Of a stretch of DNA of 64,000 bases, positions 46,799 through 56,430 are shown piece by piece. Positions within the stretch are counted from its first letter, which is position 1; each line of letters starts with the position of its first letter. The position numbers and the translations under genes were made by a program. This DNA is from Aeromicrobium sp. (GTDB lineage: Bacteria > Actinomycetota > Actinomycetes > Propionibacteriales > Nocardioidaceae): positions 7,453 through 71,452 of the forward strand of contig NZ_DAMDLR010000003.1 of NCBI RefSeq assembly GCF_032084975.1, written 5' to 3'. Below the pieces are notes generated by a model, which was not told the origin of the DNA, did not search any database, and saw nothing but the letters and a program-made list of their open reading frames with translations.

Positions 46799-48109
46799 GT
46801 GGACGTCATCGGTGGGCTCAGGTCGGGGCAGCGGTTCCTGGCGTCTGCGCGTGCCCGTGACCTCGATCAACTCTCGGCCGAGGAACTCGCGAGTGAGGCG
46901 ACGGCGATCCAGTCGTTGGAGCGTGACGCCGCAGCACTGAGGATGGCGGTGCTGTCCGCGGCCGCCCGCAAGAACGCTCACCAGACCACTGGCGATGCGG
47001 ACATGACCGCGCTGGTCGCGAACGGCTCAGGGATCACCCGTCGTGAGGCGACCAAGCAGATCAAGCTGGCCACCCGGATCGAGACGGCGCCGCAGGTGAA
47101 GAAGGCGCTCGCGAAGCCGGGGATGTCGACTGCGAAAGCCGCGATCGTCACCGGCGCACTGGACGAGCTACCGGCGGACCTGACCAAGGCTCAGCGTGAC
47201 CAGGTCGAGACCGAACTGGTCGAAGCAGCACAAGCAATGACGGCCGACCAGCTGACGCGCAAGGCCAAGCGCGCGATCGAGACCCTCGACGTGAAGCGTG
47301 CGGATGACATCGAGAACAAGCGCCTGCAGCGTGAGGAGCACGCCCAGCGTCAGTTGAGTGAGTTCTGGATCGGTCGTCCCGACGAGCAGACCGGACTGGT
47401 CAAGTTCGGCGGCAGGACCGACGCCCTGACTGCCGACATGCTGCGCACGGTGATCGAGTCCAAGACCAGTCCCCGCAAGCGGGCACTGGCCGAGGCCGAG
47501 AAGACCGGTGTCGAGACGTCTCCGGTCGAGGATCGCCGCGACATGACGCCGCCTGAGAAGGCGGGCGAAGCGTTCGCCGAGATCATCCGCCATCTACCCA
47601 GTGACTCGTTCGGCAACCACGGCGGCGTCAACGCCGCGCTCGTTGTCACGATCGACGAGAAGGCCCTGCGGGGCGAGACCGACCGGGCCGGTGTCACCGA
47701 GTTCGGCACCAGCATCAGCGCCGGCGAACTCCGCATGATCGCCTGCGGCGCCGGCATCCTGCCCGCTGTCCTCGACGGAAGCTCAGTCCCGTTGGACGTC
47801 GGACGGACCAAGCGGTTCCACACCCAGAAGCAACGCATCGCGCTCGGCCAACGAGACCAGGGCTGTGCCTACCCCGGTTGCGATCGACCACCAGGCTGGT
47901 GCGAATCACACCACGCCACCCGATGGTCCGACGGCGGACACACCACCGTCGACGACGGCGTCCTGCTCTGCGGATTCCACCACCGTCACGTCCACCAGAC
48001 CGACATCCCGATCCGCTTCGTCGACCGCCATCCCGAGTTCCAGATCCGCGGCACCTGGCAACAGAACAAGCGCTACCGACCCCTGCAGCGAGAACTCATC
48101 CCCGCGTGA
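46799..48109 (+). CDS. DUF222 + HNH endonuclease (REP13E12-type)
   Basis: 436 aa, GTG start. The long helical DUF222-like N-region ends in an HNH nuclease core CAYPGCDRPPGWCESHHATRWSDGGHTTVDDGVLLCGFHHRHVH. Confidence 0.85.
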   Translation: MDVIGGLRSGQRFLASARARDLDQLSAEELASEATAIQSLERDAAALRMAVLSAAARKNAHQTTGDADMTALVANGSGITRREATKQIKLATRIETAPQVKKALAKPGMSTAKAAIVTGALDELPADLTKAQRDQVETELVEAAQAMTADQLTRKAKRAIETLDVKRADDIENKRLQREEHAQRQLSEFWIGRPDEQTGLVKFGGRTDALTADMLRTVIESKTSPRKRALAEAEKTGVETSPVEDRRDMTPPEKAGEAFAEIIRHLPSDSFGNHGGVNAALVVTIDEKALRGETDRAGVTEFGTSISAGELRMIACGAGILPAVLDGSSVPLDVGRTKRFHTQKQRIALGQRDQGCAYPGCDRPPGWCESHHATRWSDGGHTTVDDGVLLCGFHHRHVHQTDIPIRFVDRHPEFQIRGTWQQNKRYRPLQRELIPA

Positions 48110-48130
48110 CCCCGGCACACGTCGCCGGAC

Positions 48131-48174
48131 GCACGACGGCCGGCCCCCGAAGGGACCGGCCGCCGTGGTCGTGC
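48131..48174. terminator. Bidirectional hairpin between the convergent HNH and fadD genes
   Basis: Outer stem GCACGAC/GTCGTGC plus inner stem GGCCGGCCC/GGG(A)CCGGCC around a CCGAA loop. Confidence 0.6.
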
Positions 48175-48181
48175 GTCAGGG

Positions 48182-49744
48182 TCAGTCGATCTCGCGCTTG
48201 AGGATCTTGCCCGTCGCGGTCATCGGCAGCTCGTCACGGAACTCGACGACGCGCGGGTACTTGTACTGCGCGAACTGGCCCTTGGCCCATTCACGCAGCT
48301 CGGCCTCGGTCGTCTCGTCGCCGGGGGTCCGGACGACGACGGCCTTGATCTCCTCGCCGTGCGACTCGTGCGGGACGCCGATCACGGCGACGAGCGAGAC
48401 CGCGGGGTGCGTCATCAGCACCTCCTCGAGCTCGCGCGGGTACACGTTGTAGCCGCCGCGGATGATCATGTCCTTGCTGCGGTCGACGATGTAGAAGTAG
48501 CCGTCGTCGTCCTTGCGCGCCAGGTCGCCGGTGCGGAACCAGTCGCCCTGGATCGCCTCGGCGGTGGCCGCCGGACGGTTGTAGTAACCCTTCATGATGC
48601 CGTGGCCCTTGATCGCGATCTCGCCGATCGCCTCGGGATCGTGCGGCAGGTCGCTCCAGTCGTCGTTGATGAGCTTCATCTCGACGCCCTCGACCGGCTT
48701 GCCGATCGAACCGACGCGGACCGCCTCGCCGCGCACGCCGAACGAGGCGACGGGGGACGTCTCGGAGAGGCCGTAGCCCTCCTGGATGACGATGCCGAAC
48801 TGCTCCTCGAACTGGCGGTGGATGTCGGCCGGCAGCGCGGCGCCACCGGCCGCGGCGGTGCGCATGTTCTTGGCGATCGTCGCGACGTCGACACTGCCCT
48901 CGGCCTGCGCGAGGGCCTGCAGCAGACCCCAGTACATCGTCGGGACGCCGGCGAAGAACGTGATCTTCTCCTTGACCAGCAGGTCGAGAGCGGCCTTCGG
49001 CTCGAAGCGCGGCAGGTAGACGATCGTGCCGCCGTAGAGGATCGCGCCGTTCTGGATCACGGTCTGGCCGAAGATGTGGAACAGCGGCAGGACCGCCAGG
49101 TAGGTGTCGGGGTCGTTCTCGTCGGCGCCGAACAGCGAGGTGCCCAGCCCGGCGTTGGCTCGCAGGTTGCGGTGCATGAGCTCGGCGCCCTTGGGCTGTC
49201 CGGTCGTGCCGGACGTGTAGAGGATGACGGCGGTGTCGTCGTCGTCGCGCTCGACCGTCTCGAAGACGGGCGACTGCTCGGCGACCAGCGGGCCGTAGTA
49301 CTCGGGAGCCTCGAGCGGCGCCGGGGCGGCCGAGTCGAGCTTGATCAGGAAGAAGTCCTTGCAGCCCTCGACCTGGTTGAATCCCGCCCAGGCCCGGTCA
49401 CCGATCGGCAGGTCCGGCGTGCCCTCGAAGGCGATGAAGGCGACGGCGTCCGAGTCGTCCAAGTGGTACGCCACCTCTCGCTCGCTCAGCAGGACGTTGA
49501 GCGGCACGACCGTGGCGCCGGCCTTGAGGATGCCGAAGTAGACGACCGTGAAGTAGGGGACGTTCGGGATCGACATCGCGACCTTGTCACCGGGCTTGAT
49601 GCCACGCGACACCAGCAGGTTGGCGACCTGGTTGGCCGCGCCGTTGAGCTGTGCGTAGTTCAGGCGCGTGTCGCCGAAGACGATGGCGGTGCGCTCGGGG
49701 TACTTCGCGGTGGTGTCGTCGAGGATGGCGGCGAGGTTGGTCAC
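48182..49744 (-). CDS. Long-chain-fatty-acid--CoA ligase (AMP-dependent synthetase)
   Basis: GTG at 49744 preceded by GAAAGAAGG. Motifs: AMP-binding motif YTSGTTGQPKGA, plus GYGLSE, TGDL and a C-terminal GKILKR. Confidence 0.9.
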   Translation of the reverse strand: MTNLAAILDDTTAKYPERTAIVFGDTRLNYAQLNGAANQVANLLVSRGIKPGDKVAMSIPNVPYFTVVYFGILKAGATVVPLNVLLSEREVAYHLDDSDAVAFIAFEGTPDLPIGDRAWAGFNQVEGCKDFFLIKLDSAAPAPLEAPEYYGPLVAEQSPVFETVERDDDDTAVILYTSGTTGQPKGAELMHRNLRANAGLGTSLFGADENDPDTYLAVLPLFHIFGQTVIQNGAILYGGTIVYLPRFEPKAALDLLVKEKITFFAGVPTMYWGLLQALAQAEGSVDVATIAKNMRTAAAGGAALPADIHRQFEEQFGIVIQEGYGLSETSPVASFGVRGEAVRVGSIGKPVEGVEMKLINDDWSDLPHDPEAIGEIAIKGHGIMKGYYNRPAATAEAIQGDWFRTGDLARKDDDGYFYIVDRSKDMIIRGGYNVYPRELEEVLMTHPAVSLVAVIGVPHESHGEEIKAVVVRTPGDETTEAELREWAKGQFAQYKYPRVVEFRDELPMTATGKILKREID

Positions 49745-49836
49745 GGTGCCTTCTTTCGGGGGGTGTGGCCTCATTTACATCGTCACTGTAATCGAGGTCA
49801 CGGCGGTTCCGAACACCTGTCCGGTCGCTCGCAGCG

Positions 49837-50697
49837 CTACCAGGTCAGGCCCGTGAGCCGCTCGTACGCCTCGATGTAGCGGTCCCGCGTTCGCTCGACG
49901 ATCTCGTCAGGAAGGCGGGGCGGCGGGGTGTCGGACGCCCGGTCCCAGCCGGACTCCGCCGACGTCAGCCAGTCGCGCACGAACTGCTTGTCGTAGCTGG
50001 GCTGGGAGCGGCCGGGCTCGTAGCGGTCGGCCGGCCAGAATCGCGAGGAGTCGGGAGTCAGCACCTCGTCGGCCAGGATGATCGAGCCGTCGGGTCGCGC
50101 ACCGAACTCGAGCTTCGTGTCGGCCAGGACGATGCCCCGCTCGCGGGCGATGGACTCGGCGCGGCCGTAGACCGCCAGGGTGAGGTCGCGGAGCCGCTCG
50201 GCCATCTCGGCGCCGACCGTCTCGACGACGGCTTCGAAGGACACGTTCTCGTCGTGCTCGCCCAGCTCGGCCTTCGTCGCCGGGGTGAAGATCGGCTCGT
50301 CCAGGCGCGATCCGTCGACGAGCCCGTCGGGCAGCGGGATCCCGCACACGGCACCGGTCTCGCGGTAGTCGATCAGGCCCGAGCCGGTGAGGTAACCACG
50401 CGCGACGCACTCGACCGGGAACATGTCGAGCCGCTCGACGATCAGCGCACGCCCCGCGACCACCGCGGGGACGTCGGTGCTGACGACGTGGTTGGGCACC
50501 ATGTCGCTCAGCTGGTCGAACCACCACAGGCTCATCCGGGTGAGGATCTCGCCCTTGTCGGGGATGCCCGGCTCGAGGATGAAGTCGTACGCGCTGACGC
50601 GGTCGGACGCCACCATCAGCAGGTGGTCGCCATACGTGTACAGGTCGCGGACCTTGCCCGAGTGCAGGTGGGTGGCTCCGGGAATCTCCAGCGGCAT
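49837..50697 (-). CDS. purC: Phosphoribosylaminoimidazole-succinocarboxamide (SAICAR) synthase
   Basis: 286 aa. It contains GKVRDLY...SDRVSAYD...ADTKLEFG motifs. Confidence 0.95.
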   Translation of the reverse strand: MPLEIPGATHLHSGKVRDLYTYGDHLLMVASDRVSAYDFILEPGIPDKGEILTRMSLWWFDQLSDMVPNHVVSTDVPAVVAGRALIVERLDMFPVECVARGYLTGSGLIDYRETGAVCGIPLPDGLVDGSRLDEPIFTPATKAELGEHDENVSFEAVVETVGAEMAERLRDLTLAVYGRAESIARERGIVLADTKLEFGARPDGSIILADEVLTPDSSRFWPADRYEPGRSQPSYDKQFVRDWLTSAESGWDRASDTPPPRLPDEIVERTRDRYIEAYERLTGLTW

Positions 50698-50780
50698 GGC
50701 ATCAGGCTAGTGGTGGATCCGCGCACGCTCCTTCCGGATCCCGCGTAAATACGAGTTACAGATATGGCAGGCTGTGCCGG

Positions 50781-51962
50781 GTGTCCTCCACCCGGGCCCT
50801 GACGGCCACGCTGCTCGTCGCCGCCCTCGTGGTCTACAGCGCCCAGGGGATGCTCGTGCCGGTGCTGGCGCCGGTCACCCGCCTGGTCGGCCTGGGCGAG
50901 GTCGACCTGGGCGCCGTGATGACGCTCTCGGCAGCGATGCTCGTGCTCAGCGGGCCGTGGTGGGGCCGCGAGGTCGACCGGATCGGCGTGCACGCGGTCC
51001 TCGTGCGCGGACTCGTCCTGGCCACCATCGGCTCGGCCGGCTTCGCCGTGATGGTCGAGATCGCCGCGCGCGAGGACCTGCCCCGGTGGCTCGTGCTGGG
51101 GGCGTTCGCGCTGACGCGCGGCGTGCTCTACGGACTGGGCTTCGCCGCCGTCCCCGTGGCGGGACTGACCTACCTGGCGTCGACCAGCCAGGGAGCCGTC
51201 GCCCGCACGAAGGCGATGGGCGCCTTCGGTGCCGCGCAGGGCCTCTCCCTCGTCATCGGCCCGGCGCTGGGAGGTCTCGCCGCGATCGGCGGCCTGCTGC
51301 TGCCGGTGCACCTCGCCCCCGTGCTGGTCCTGGGCACGCTCGTCGCCGTCTGGCTGCTGCCCGCGCCGGAGCGGCAGGAGCGGCCCGAGCGCGAGCGGCT
51401 CGGCTTCCGCGACCCCCGGGGCCTGCCCTACCTCGTCGCCGGCGGCGCCCTGTTCCTGGGTCTCGCGCTCGTCGAGATCATCCTCGGCTTCCTCGTCCAG
51501 GACCGGCTCGGGCTGTCCGACACCGAGACGGCCCAGGTCGTCGCGGTGGCCGGCGTCCTGATCGGCGTGGGCTTCGCCGCCACCCAGGCGCTCGTGGCCC
51601 CGCGCGTCCCCGGCGGGCCCCGCGGCCTGCTGATGGCCGGCAGCCTGATCGCCGCCCTGGGATACCTCGGCGCCACGTTCGCGACGTCGACCGCGACGCT
51701 CCTGCCGGTGATGATGGTGATCGCGGCGGGCCTCGGTCTCGCACTGCCCGGCTACAACGCCGGTGCCACCTTGGCCGTCGAGCCGGCCGAGCACGCCGCC
51801 GTCGCCGGCCAGCTGTCCGCGACCGTCGGACTGACATACGTGGCCGGACCGGTCCTGGGGGCGGCGATGTACTCCGCGTACGACCTGGCCCCGATCATCG
51901 GGGCGGCACTGCTGTCGCTCCTCGCGGCCGGTCTCGCGTCACGGCTGACCCGCACCGCGTGA
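50781..51962 (+). CDS. MFS transporter
   Basis: 393 aa, GTG start, about 12 hydrophobic helices and a GRxxDRIG-like loop (WWGREVDRIG). Confidence 0.8.
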   Translation: MSSTRALTATLLVAALVVYSAQGMLVPVLAPVTRLVGLGEVDLGAVMTLSAAMLVLSGPWWGREVDRIGVHAVLVRGLVLATIGSAGFAVMVEIAAREDLPRWLVLGAFALTRGVLYGLGFAAVPVAGLTYLASTSQGAVARTKAMGAFGAAQGLSLVIGPALGGLAAIGGLLLPVHLAPVLVLGTLVAVWLLPAPERQERPERERLGFRDPRGLPYLVAGGALFLGLALVEIILGFLVQDRLGLSDTETAQVVAVAGVLIGVGFAATQALVAPRVPGGPRGLLMAGSLIAALGYLGATFATSTATLLPVMMVIAAGLGLALPGYNAGATLAVEPAEHAAVAGQLSATVGLTYVAGPVLGAAMYSAYDLAPIIGAALLSLLAAGLASRLTRTA

Positions 51963-51980
51963 GCGTGCCACGATGACGTC

Positions 51981-52529
51981 ATGGGCATCGTTCACCCCGG
52001 TTCCGAGCTGACCCCGACCAAGGCCGAGCTGTTGGCCGCCTGGCTGCCGCAGCAGTCGTGGTGGCCGCGGGATGCCGCGGTCCCCGACTTCCAGGCGAAC
52101 TTCCGCTTCGACGACCCGGCCGGCGAGGTCGGCATCGAGACGTTCCTGCTCCCTGTCGGCAACGGCATCGTGCAAGTGCCGCTCACCTACCGTTCCGAGC
52201 CGATCGAGGACGCGGTGCTGGTCGGCGAGCTCGAGCACTCGGCCCTGGGCCATCGCTGGGTGTACGACGGGCCCAGCGACCCGGTCTACGTCGCCGAGGC
52301 GACCCGCGTGATCCGCGAGGCCGGCGCCGAGGTCACGATGCTGCGACCCGACGGCACGCCCATCCCCCGCCGGCCCGTCACCGCCGCGGTGCGCGGCAGC
52401 GGGACGGGCGGCGGGAACCTGCAGGTCGCCCGCGTCCTGCCGGCCGAGGCCCCCGACGACGCCACCGGAGTCCTGCACGCCACGTGGGCCGAGCAGCCCG
52501 AGCCGCGCGTCCTCGCCTGGCTCACCTGA
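51981..52529 (+). CDS. Maltokinase N-terminal-cap-like domain protein (stand-alone)
   Basis: 182 aa. The opening MGIVHPGSELTPTKAELLAAWLPQQSWW resembles the N-cap domain of actinobacterial maltokinases. This is recalled from memory, not searched. Confidence 0.45.
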   Translation: MGIVHPGSELTPTKAELLAAWLPQQSWWPRDAAVPDFQANFRFDDPAGEVGIETFLLPVGNGIVQVPLTYRSEPIEDAVLVGELEHSALGHRWVYDGPSDPVYVAEATRVIREAGAEVTMLRPDGTPIPRRPVTAAVRGSGTGGGNLQVARVLPAEAPDDATGVLHATWAEQPEPRVLAWLT

Positions 52530-52536
52530 GCGCGCG

Positions 52537-53958
52537 TCAGAGAATGTCGCCGGGGCTGTAGGCGGCCGCCTGCGGGTGGCGCGCCATGACCTGCTCGGCC
52601 TGGGCGACGACGGCGCCGACCTGGGACACTGCGGCGCCGGTGAACGACAACGGCTCGGCCACGAGGCGCGACAGGTCGTCGGCCGTCAGGCCGAGCCGCT
52701 CGTCGGTCGCCAGGCGGTCGAAGAGGTCGTTCTGCGCCGTGCCCTTCTCGCGCATCTCGAGCGCGACCGCGACGGCGTGCTCCTTGATCGCCTCGTGCGC
52801 CGTCTCGCGGCCGACACCGTGACGCACCGCGGCCATCAGCACCTTGGTCGTCGCGAGGAACGGCAGGTACCGGTCCAGTTCGCGCTGGATCACGGCCGGG
52901 AAGACACCGAATTCGTCCAACACGGTCAGGAAGGTCTCGAACAGCCCGTCGGCGGCGTAGAAGGCGTCCGGCAGCGCGACGCGGCGCACCACGGAGCACG
53001 ACACGTCGCCCTCGTTCCACTGGTCGCCCGACAGCTCGCCGACCATGGAGGCGTAGCCGCGCAACACGACGGCCAGCCCGTTGACGCGCTCACAGGAGCG
53101 GGTGTTCATCTTGTGCGGCATCGCCGACGAGCCCACCTGGCCCGGCTTGAAGCCCTCGGTGACGAGCTCGTTGCCCGCCATCAGGCGAACGGTCAGGGCC
53201 AGGCTGGACGGCGCGGCCACCAGCTGCACCAGCGAGCTGATGGCATCGAAGTCGAGGGACCGCGGATAGACCTGGCCCACGCTCGTGAAGGTGCGCTCGA
53301 ATCCCAAATGGGCCGCGACGCGCTGCTCCAGGTCGGCCAGCTTCGCCTCGTCCCCGCCGAGCAGGTCCAGCATGTCCTGACCCGTGCCGACAGGGCCCTT
53401 GATGCCACGCAGGGGGTAGCGCTCGATCAGCTGCTCGACGCGCTCGATGCCCACGAGGAGCTCGTCGGCGGTCGTGGCGAAGCGCTTGCCCAGCGTGGTG
53501 GCCTGCGCGGCGACGTTGTGACTGCGACCCGCCATGACCAGCTCGGCGTGCTCGGCCGCGAGGCGGGTGAGCCGCGCGAGGGCGGCGACGGCCCGGTCGC
53601 GCAGGAGAGCCAGCGACGCGCGCACCTGCAGTTGCTCGACGTTCTCGGTGAGGTCGCGCGAGGTCATGCCCTTGTGGATGTGCTCGGTGCCCGCGAGCGC
53701 GGCGAACTCCTCGATGCGCGCCTTGACGTCGTGCCGCGTGACCCGCTCGCGGGCGGCGATCGACTCGAGGTCGACCTGGTCCACGACAGCCTCGTACGCC
53801 TCGATGACGCCGTCCGGCGTGTCGATGCCGAGGTCGCGCTGGGCGCGCAGCACCGCGATCCACAGCTGGCGCTCGAGGACGATCTTGTGCTCGGGGGACC
53901 AGATGCGGGCCAGCTCGGCCGAGGCGTAACGGGAGGCGAGGACGTTCGGAGTGGTCAC
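52537..53958 (-). CDS. purB: Adenylosuccinate lyase
   Basis: 473 aa. It contains SRYAS.EL..IWS, the fumarate-lyase signature GSSAMPHKMN, and the long actinobacterial PurB form. Confidence 0.95.
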   Translation of the reverse strand: MTTPNVLASRYASAELARIWSPEHKIVLERQLWIAVLRAQRDLGIDTPDGVIEAYEAVVDQVDLESIAARERVTRHDVKARIEEFAALAGTEHIHKGMTSRDLTENVEQLQVRASLALLRDRAVAALARLTRLAAEHAELVMAGRSHNVAAQATTLGKRFATTADELLVGIERVEQLIERYPLRGIKGPVGTGQDMLDLLGGDEAKLADLEQRVAAHLGFERTFTSVGQVYPRSLDFDAISSLVQLVAAPSSLALTVRLMAGNELVTEGFKPGQVGSSAMPHKMNTRSCERVNGLAVVLRGYASMVGELSGDQWNEGDVSCSVVRRVALPDAFYAADGLFETFLTVLDEFGVFPAVIQRELDRYLPFLATTKVLMAAVRHGVGRETAHEAIKEHAVAVALEMREKGTAQNDLFDRLATDERLGLTADDLSRLVAEPLSFTGAAVSQVGAVVAQAEQVMARHPQAAAYSPGDIL

Positions 53959-53998
53959 CCGCCCATTGTCGCAGGGGCCCGAGGCGGACCCGCGACCG

Positions 53999-54994
53999 TC
54001 ATGCCGGGTGGACCAGCCGGCCCTCGTCGTCGAGCACGTGACCCTGACGCTTGACGCTGCGCGCGACCGTCGACCGGTTGGTCACGGTCCAGCCCGGAGC
54101 CATCGCGGCCGCCGCGGCCTCGAACGACGCCAGCTCGTCGAGCGCCACGAACCGGGCCATGACCGCGAGGTTCGCCGGACCGACCACGGCGGCGCAGCGA
54201 AGCACGGCCGGCAGTTCGGAGATGGCACGTCCGGCGGCATGCGGGTCGTCGACCGAGACCTCGAGGAGCACGCCGCGCGCCGCGCCACCCGCCGAGGCGA
54301 CGACATCGCACCCGAGCCGGATGGCCCGCGACCGCAGCACCCGATCGAGCAGGCGGCGCGCCGTCGGCTCGGACAGGTTCATGCGGCGGCCGAGGTCGGC
54401 CAGGCTCATCCTCGGGTCCTCGAGCAGGACCTCGGCGATCTCGTCGACGACCTCGGGGGCCGGTGCCGTGGCCCGACCCGCCTTGGAGGGCAGGAGCTCT
54501 TGGCGCTGCTCCGGGGACAGCATCCCGAGCCGCCACTGCGCGTCCTCACGATGGACCTCGGACACGAAGAACACGCAGAAGCCGGTGATGTCCTCGTCGC
54601 GGCCGACCAGGGAGTCGACGAGCGCGCGCATGCCGCCCAGCCCTCGGCCGATCAGGATGACGCAGATGTCGTCGACGCCGGCCAGCAGGTCGACCGCGTA
54701 GGCCTCGCGGACGGCGGCGAACCGTTCCGCCACCCGGACCTGCGTGCCGGGACGGCAGTTCAGCTTGAGCAGGACGGCGTCGCGATCGGGTGCCAGCTGC
54801 TCGGCGCTGGGACGGACGACGAACCAGGCCAGCCGCTCCTCCTGCAGGCGCGTCCACCGGCGCGCCGCCGTCACCGGATCGACGCCGACGGCGCGGCCGA
54901 TCGCGCTCCACGGGGCGCGCGGCGCCACCTGCAGGGCGCTCACGAGCGCGAGGTCGGTCTCGGACAACACGGGAAGCGGGCGCGACTCGTCCAT
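53999..54994 (-). CDS. Lrp/AsnC-family transcriptional regulator with duplicated HTH+RAM modules
   Basis: 331 aa with two HTH_AsnC-like units (DLALVSALQVAPRAPWSAIGRAVGVDPVTAARRW; DEIAEVLLEDPRMSLADLGRRMNLSEPTARRLLDRV), each followed by an effector-like domain. Confidence 0.75.
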   Translation of the reverse strand: MDESRPLPVLSETDLALVSALQVAPRAPWSAIGRAVGVDPVTAARRWTRLQEERLAWFVVRPSAEQLAPDRDAVLLKLNCRPGTQVRVAERFAAVREAYAVDLLAGVDDICVILIGRGLGGMRALVDSLVGRDEDITGFCVFFVSEVHREDAQWRLGMLSPEQRQELLPSKAGRATAPAPEVVDEIAEVLLEDPRMSLADLGRRMNLSEPTARRLLDRVLRSRAIRLGCDVVASAGGAARGVLLEVSVDDPHAAGRAISELPAVLRCAAVVGPANLAVMARFVALDELASFEAAAAAMAPGWTVTNRSTVARSVKRQGHVLDDEGRLVHPA

Positions 54995-55095
54995 TCCCGC
55001 ACGTTAGCGGAATCGGTCGGCCAGCCGCACGGGGCCGACGGTTCTCGGACAGATCCCCCAGTTCCGTGACGGATCACGGCACTGGGCCGTGAGTG

Positions 55096-56340
55096 TCAGC
55101 CCGGCTGGCGTGCCGCGATGTCCGTGCGGTGATGGCCACCGCGGATGCGGATCAGGTCGACCGCGGCGTAGGCACGCTCACGCGCCTGGTCGAGGGACTC
55201 GCCGACCGCCGTCACCGACAGCACGCGCCCCCCGGCCGTGACCAGGTTCCCGTCCTCGTCGATTCGGGTGCCCGCGTGGATCACGTCCACGCCCTCGAGC
55301 GCGTTCGCCTCGTCGACCCCCTCGATGCGATCGCCCTGGACCGGGGCCTGGGGATAGCCCTCGGCCGCGACGACGATCGTGACGGCGGCGCCGTCATGCC
55401 ACTGCGGCAGCCCGACCTCGCCGAGCGTGCCGGTGGCCGCGCCGTGCAGCAGCGCCGACAGCGGCGTCTTGAGCAGCGCCAACAGCGCCTGGGTCTCGGG
55501 GTCACCGAAGCGGGCGTTGAACTCGATGACGCGCAGCCCGCGGCTGGTCAGCGCGAGCCCGGCGTACAGCAGGCCCTGGAACGGCGTGCCGCGCGAGGCC
55601 ATCTGCTCGACGGTGGGCACGAGCACGCGCCGGCAGACATCGGCCACCAGGTCGTCGGGCGCCCAGGCGAGCGGCGTGTAGGCGCCCATCCCTCCGGTGT
55701 TCGGTCCCTCGTCGCCGTCGTACGCGCGCTTGAAGTCCTGGGCCGGCTGCAGTGGCAGCACGGTCGAGCCGTCGGTGATCGCGAACAGCGAGACCTCGGG
55801 TCCGTCGAGGAACTCCTCGATCACGACGCGATCGCACGAGGTGCCGTGCGCCAAGGCGGCGTCCCGGTCGTCGGTGACCACGACGCCCTTGCCCGCCGCC
55901 AACGCGTCGTCCTTGACGACGTACGGGGCGCCGAATGCGTCGAGGGCGTCGGCGACCTGCTCATCCGTCTCGCACACGCGCGCCAGTGCGGTGGGCACGT
56001 CGGCCGCGGCCATGACCTGCTTCGCGAACGCCTTCGAGCCCTCGATTTGGGCCGCCTCGGCACTGGGCCCGAAGCAGGCCACACCCGCCTCGCGGACGGC
56101 ATCGGCCACCCCGGCGACCAGCGGCGCCTCGGGTCCGACGACGACCAGGTCCGCTCCGGTGCGGGTGGCGAGGTCCGCCACCGCGACACCGTCGAGCGGG
56201 TCGACCGGGTGCAGGGTCGCGATCACGGCCATGCCGGGGTTGCCCGGGGCCGCGTGGACCTCGGTGACCTGCGGGTCGCGGGACAGGGCCAGGGCCAGGG
56301 CGTGCTCGCGGCCGCCGGTGCCGATGACGAGAACCTTCAC
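55096..56340 (-). CDS. purD: Phosphoribosylamine--glycine ligase
   Basis: 414 aa. It begins MKVLVIGTGGREHALA, has an ATP-grasp core and contains RFGDPE. Confidence 0.95.
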   Translation of the reverse strand: MKVLVIGTGGREHALALALSRDPQVTEVHAAPGNPGMAVIATLHPVDPLDGVAVADLATRTGADLVVVGPEAPLVAGVADAVREAGVACFGPSAEAAQIEGSKAFAKQVMAAADVPTALARVCETDEQVADALDAFGAPYVVKDDALAAGKGVVVTDDRDAALAHGTSCDRVVIEEFLDGPEVSLFAITDGSTVLPLQPAQDFKRAYDGDEGPNTGGMGAYTPLAWAPDDLVADVCRRVLVPTVEQMASRGTPFQGLLYAGLALTSRGLRVIEFNARFGDPETQALLALLKTPLSALLHGAATGTLGEVGLPQWHDGAAVTIVVAAEGYPQAPVQGDRIEGVDEANALEGVDVIHAGTRIDEDGNLVTAGGRVLSVTAVGESLDQARERAYAAVDLIRIRGGHHRTDIAARQPG

Positions 56341-56384
56341 GCGCCGAGCCTAGCGAGGCCTGTCGTCGCGGTTCCGGCACGGCA

Positions 56385-56415
56385 CCGGGGGTCCGGCCGT
56401 CGGCCGAACCCCCGG
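56385..56415 (-). terminator. Hairpin downstream of the repeat-rich surface-protein gene
   Basis: 8-bp stem CCGGGGGT / ACCCCCGG with a 15-nt GC-rich loop, 16 nt beyond the stop at 56431. Confidence 0.5.
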
Positions 56416-56430
56416 AGCCACCCCACGAAC

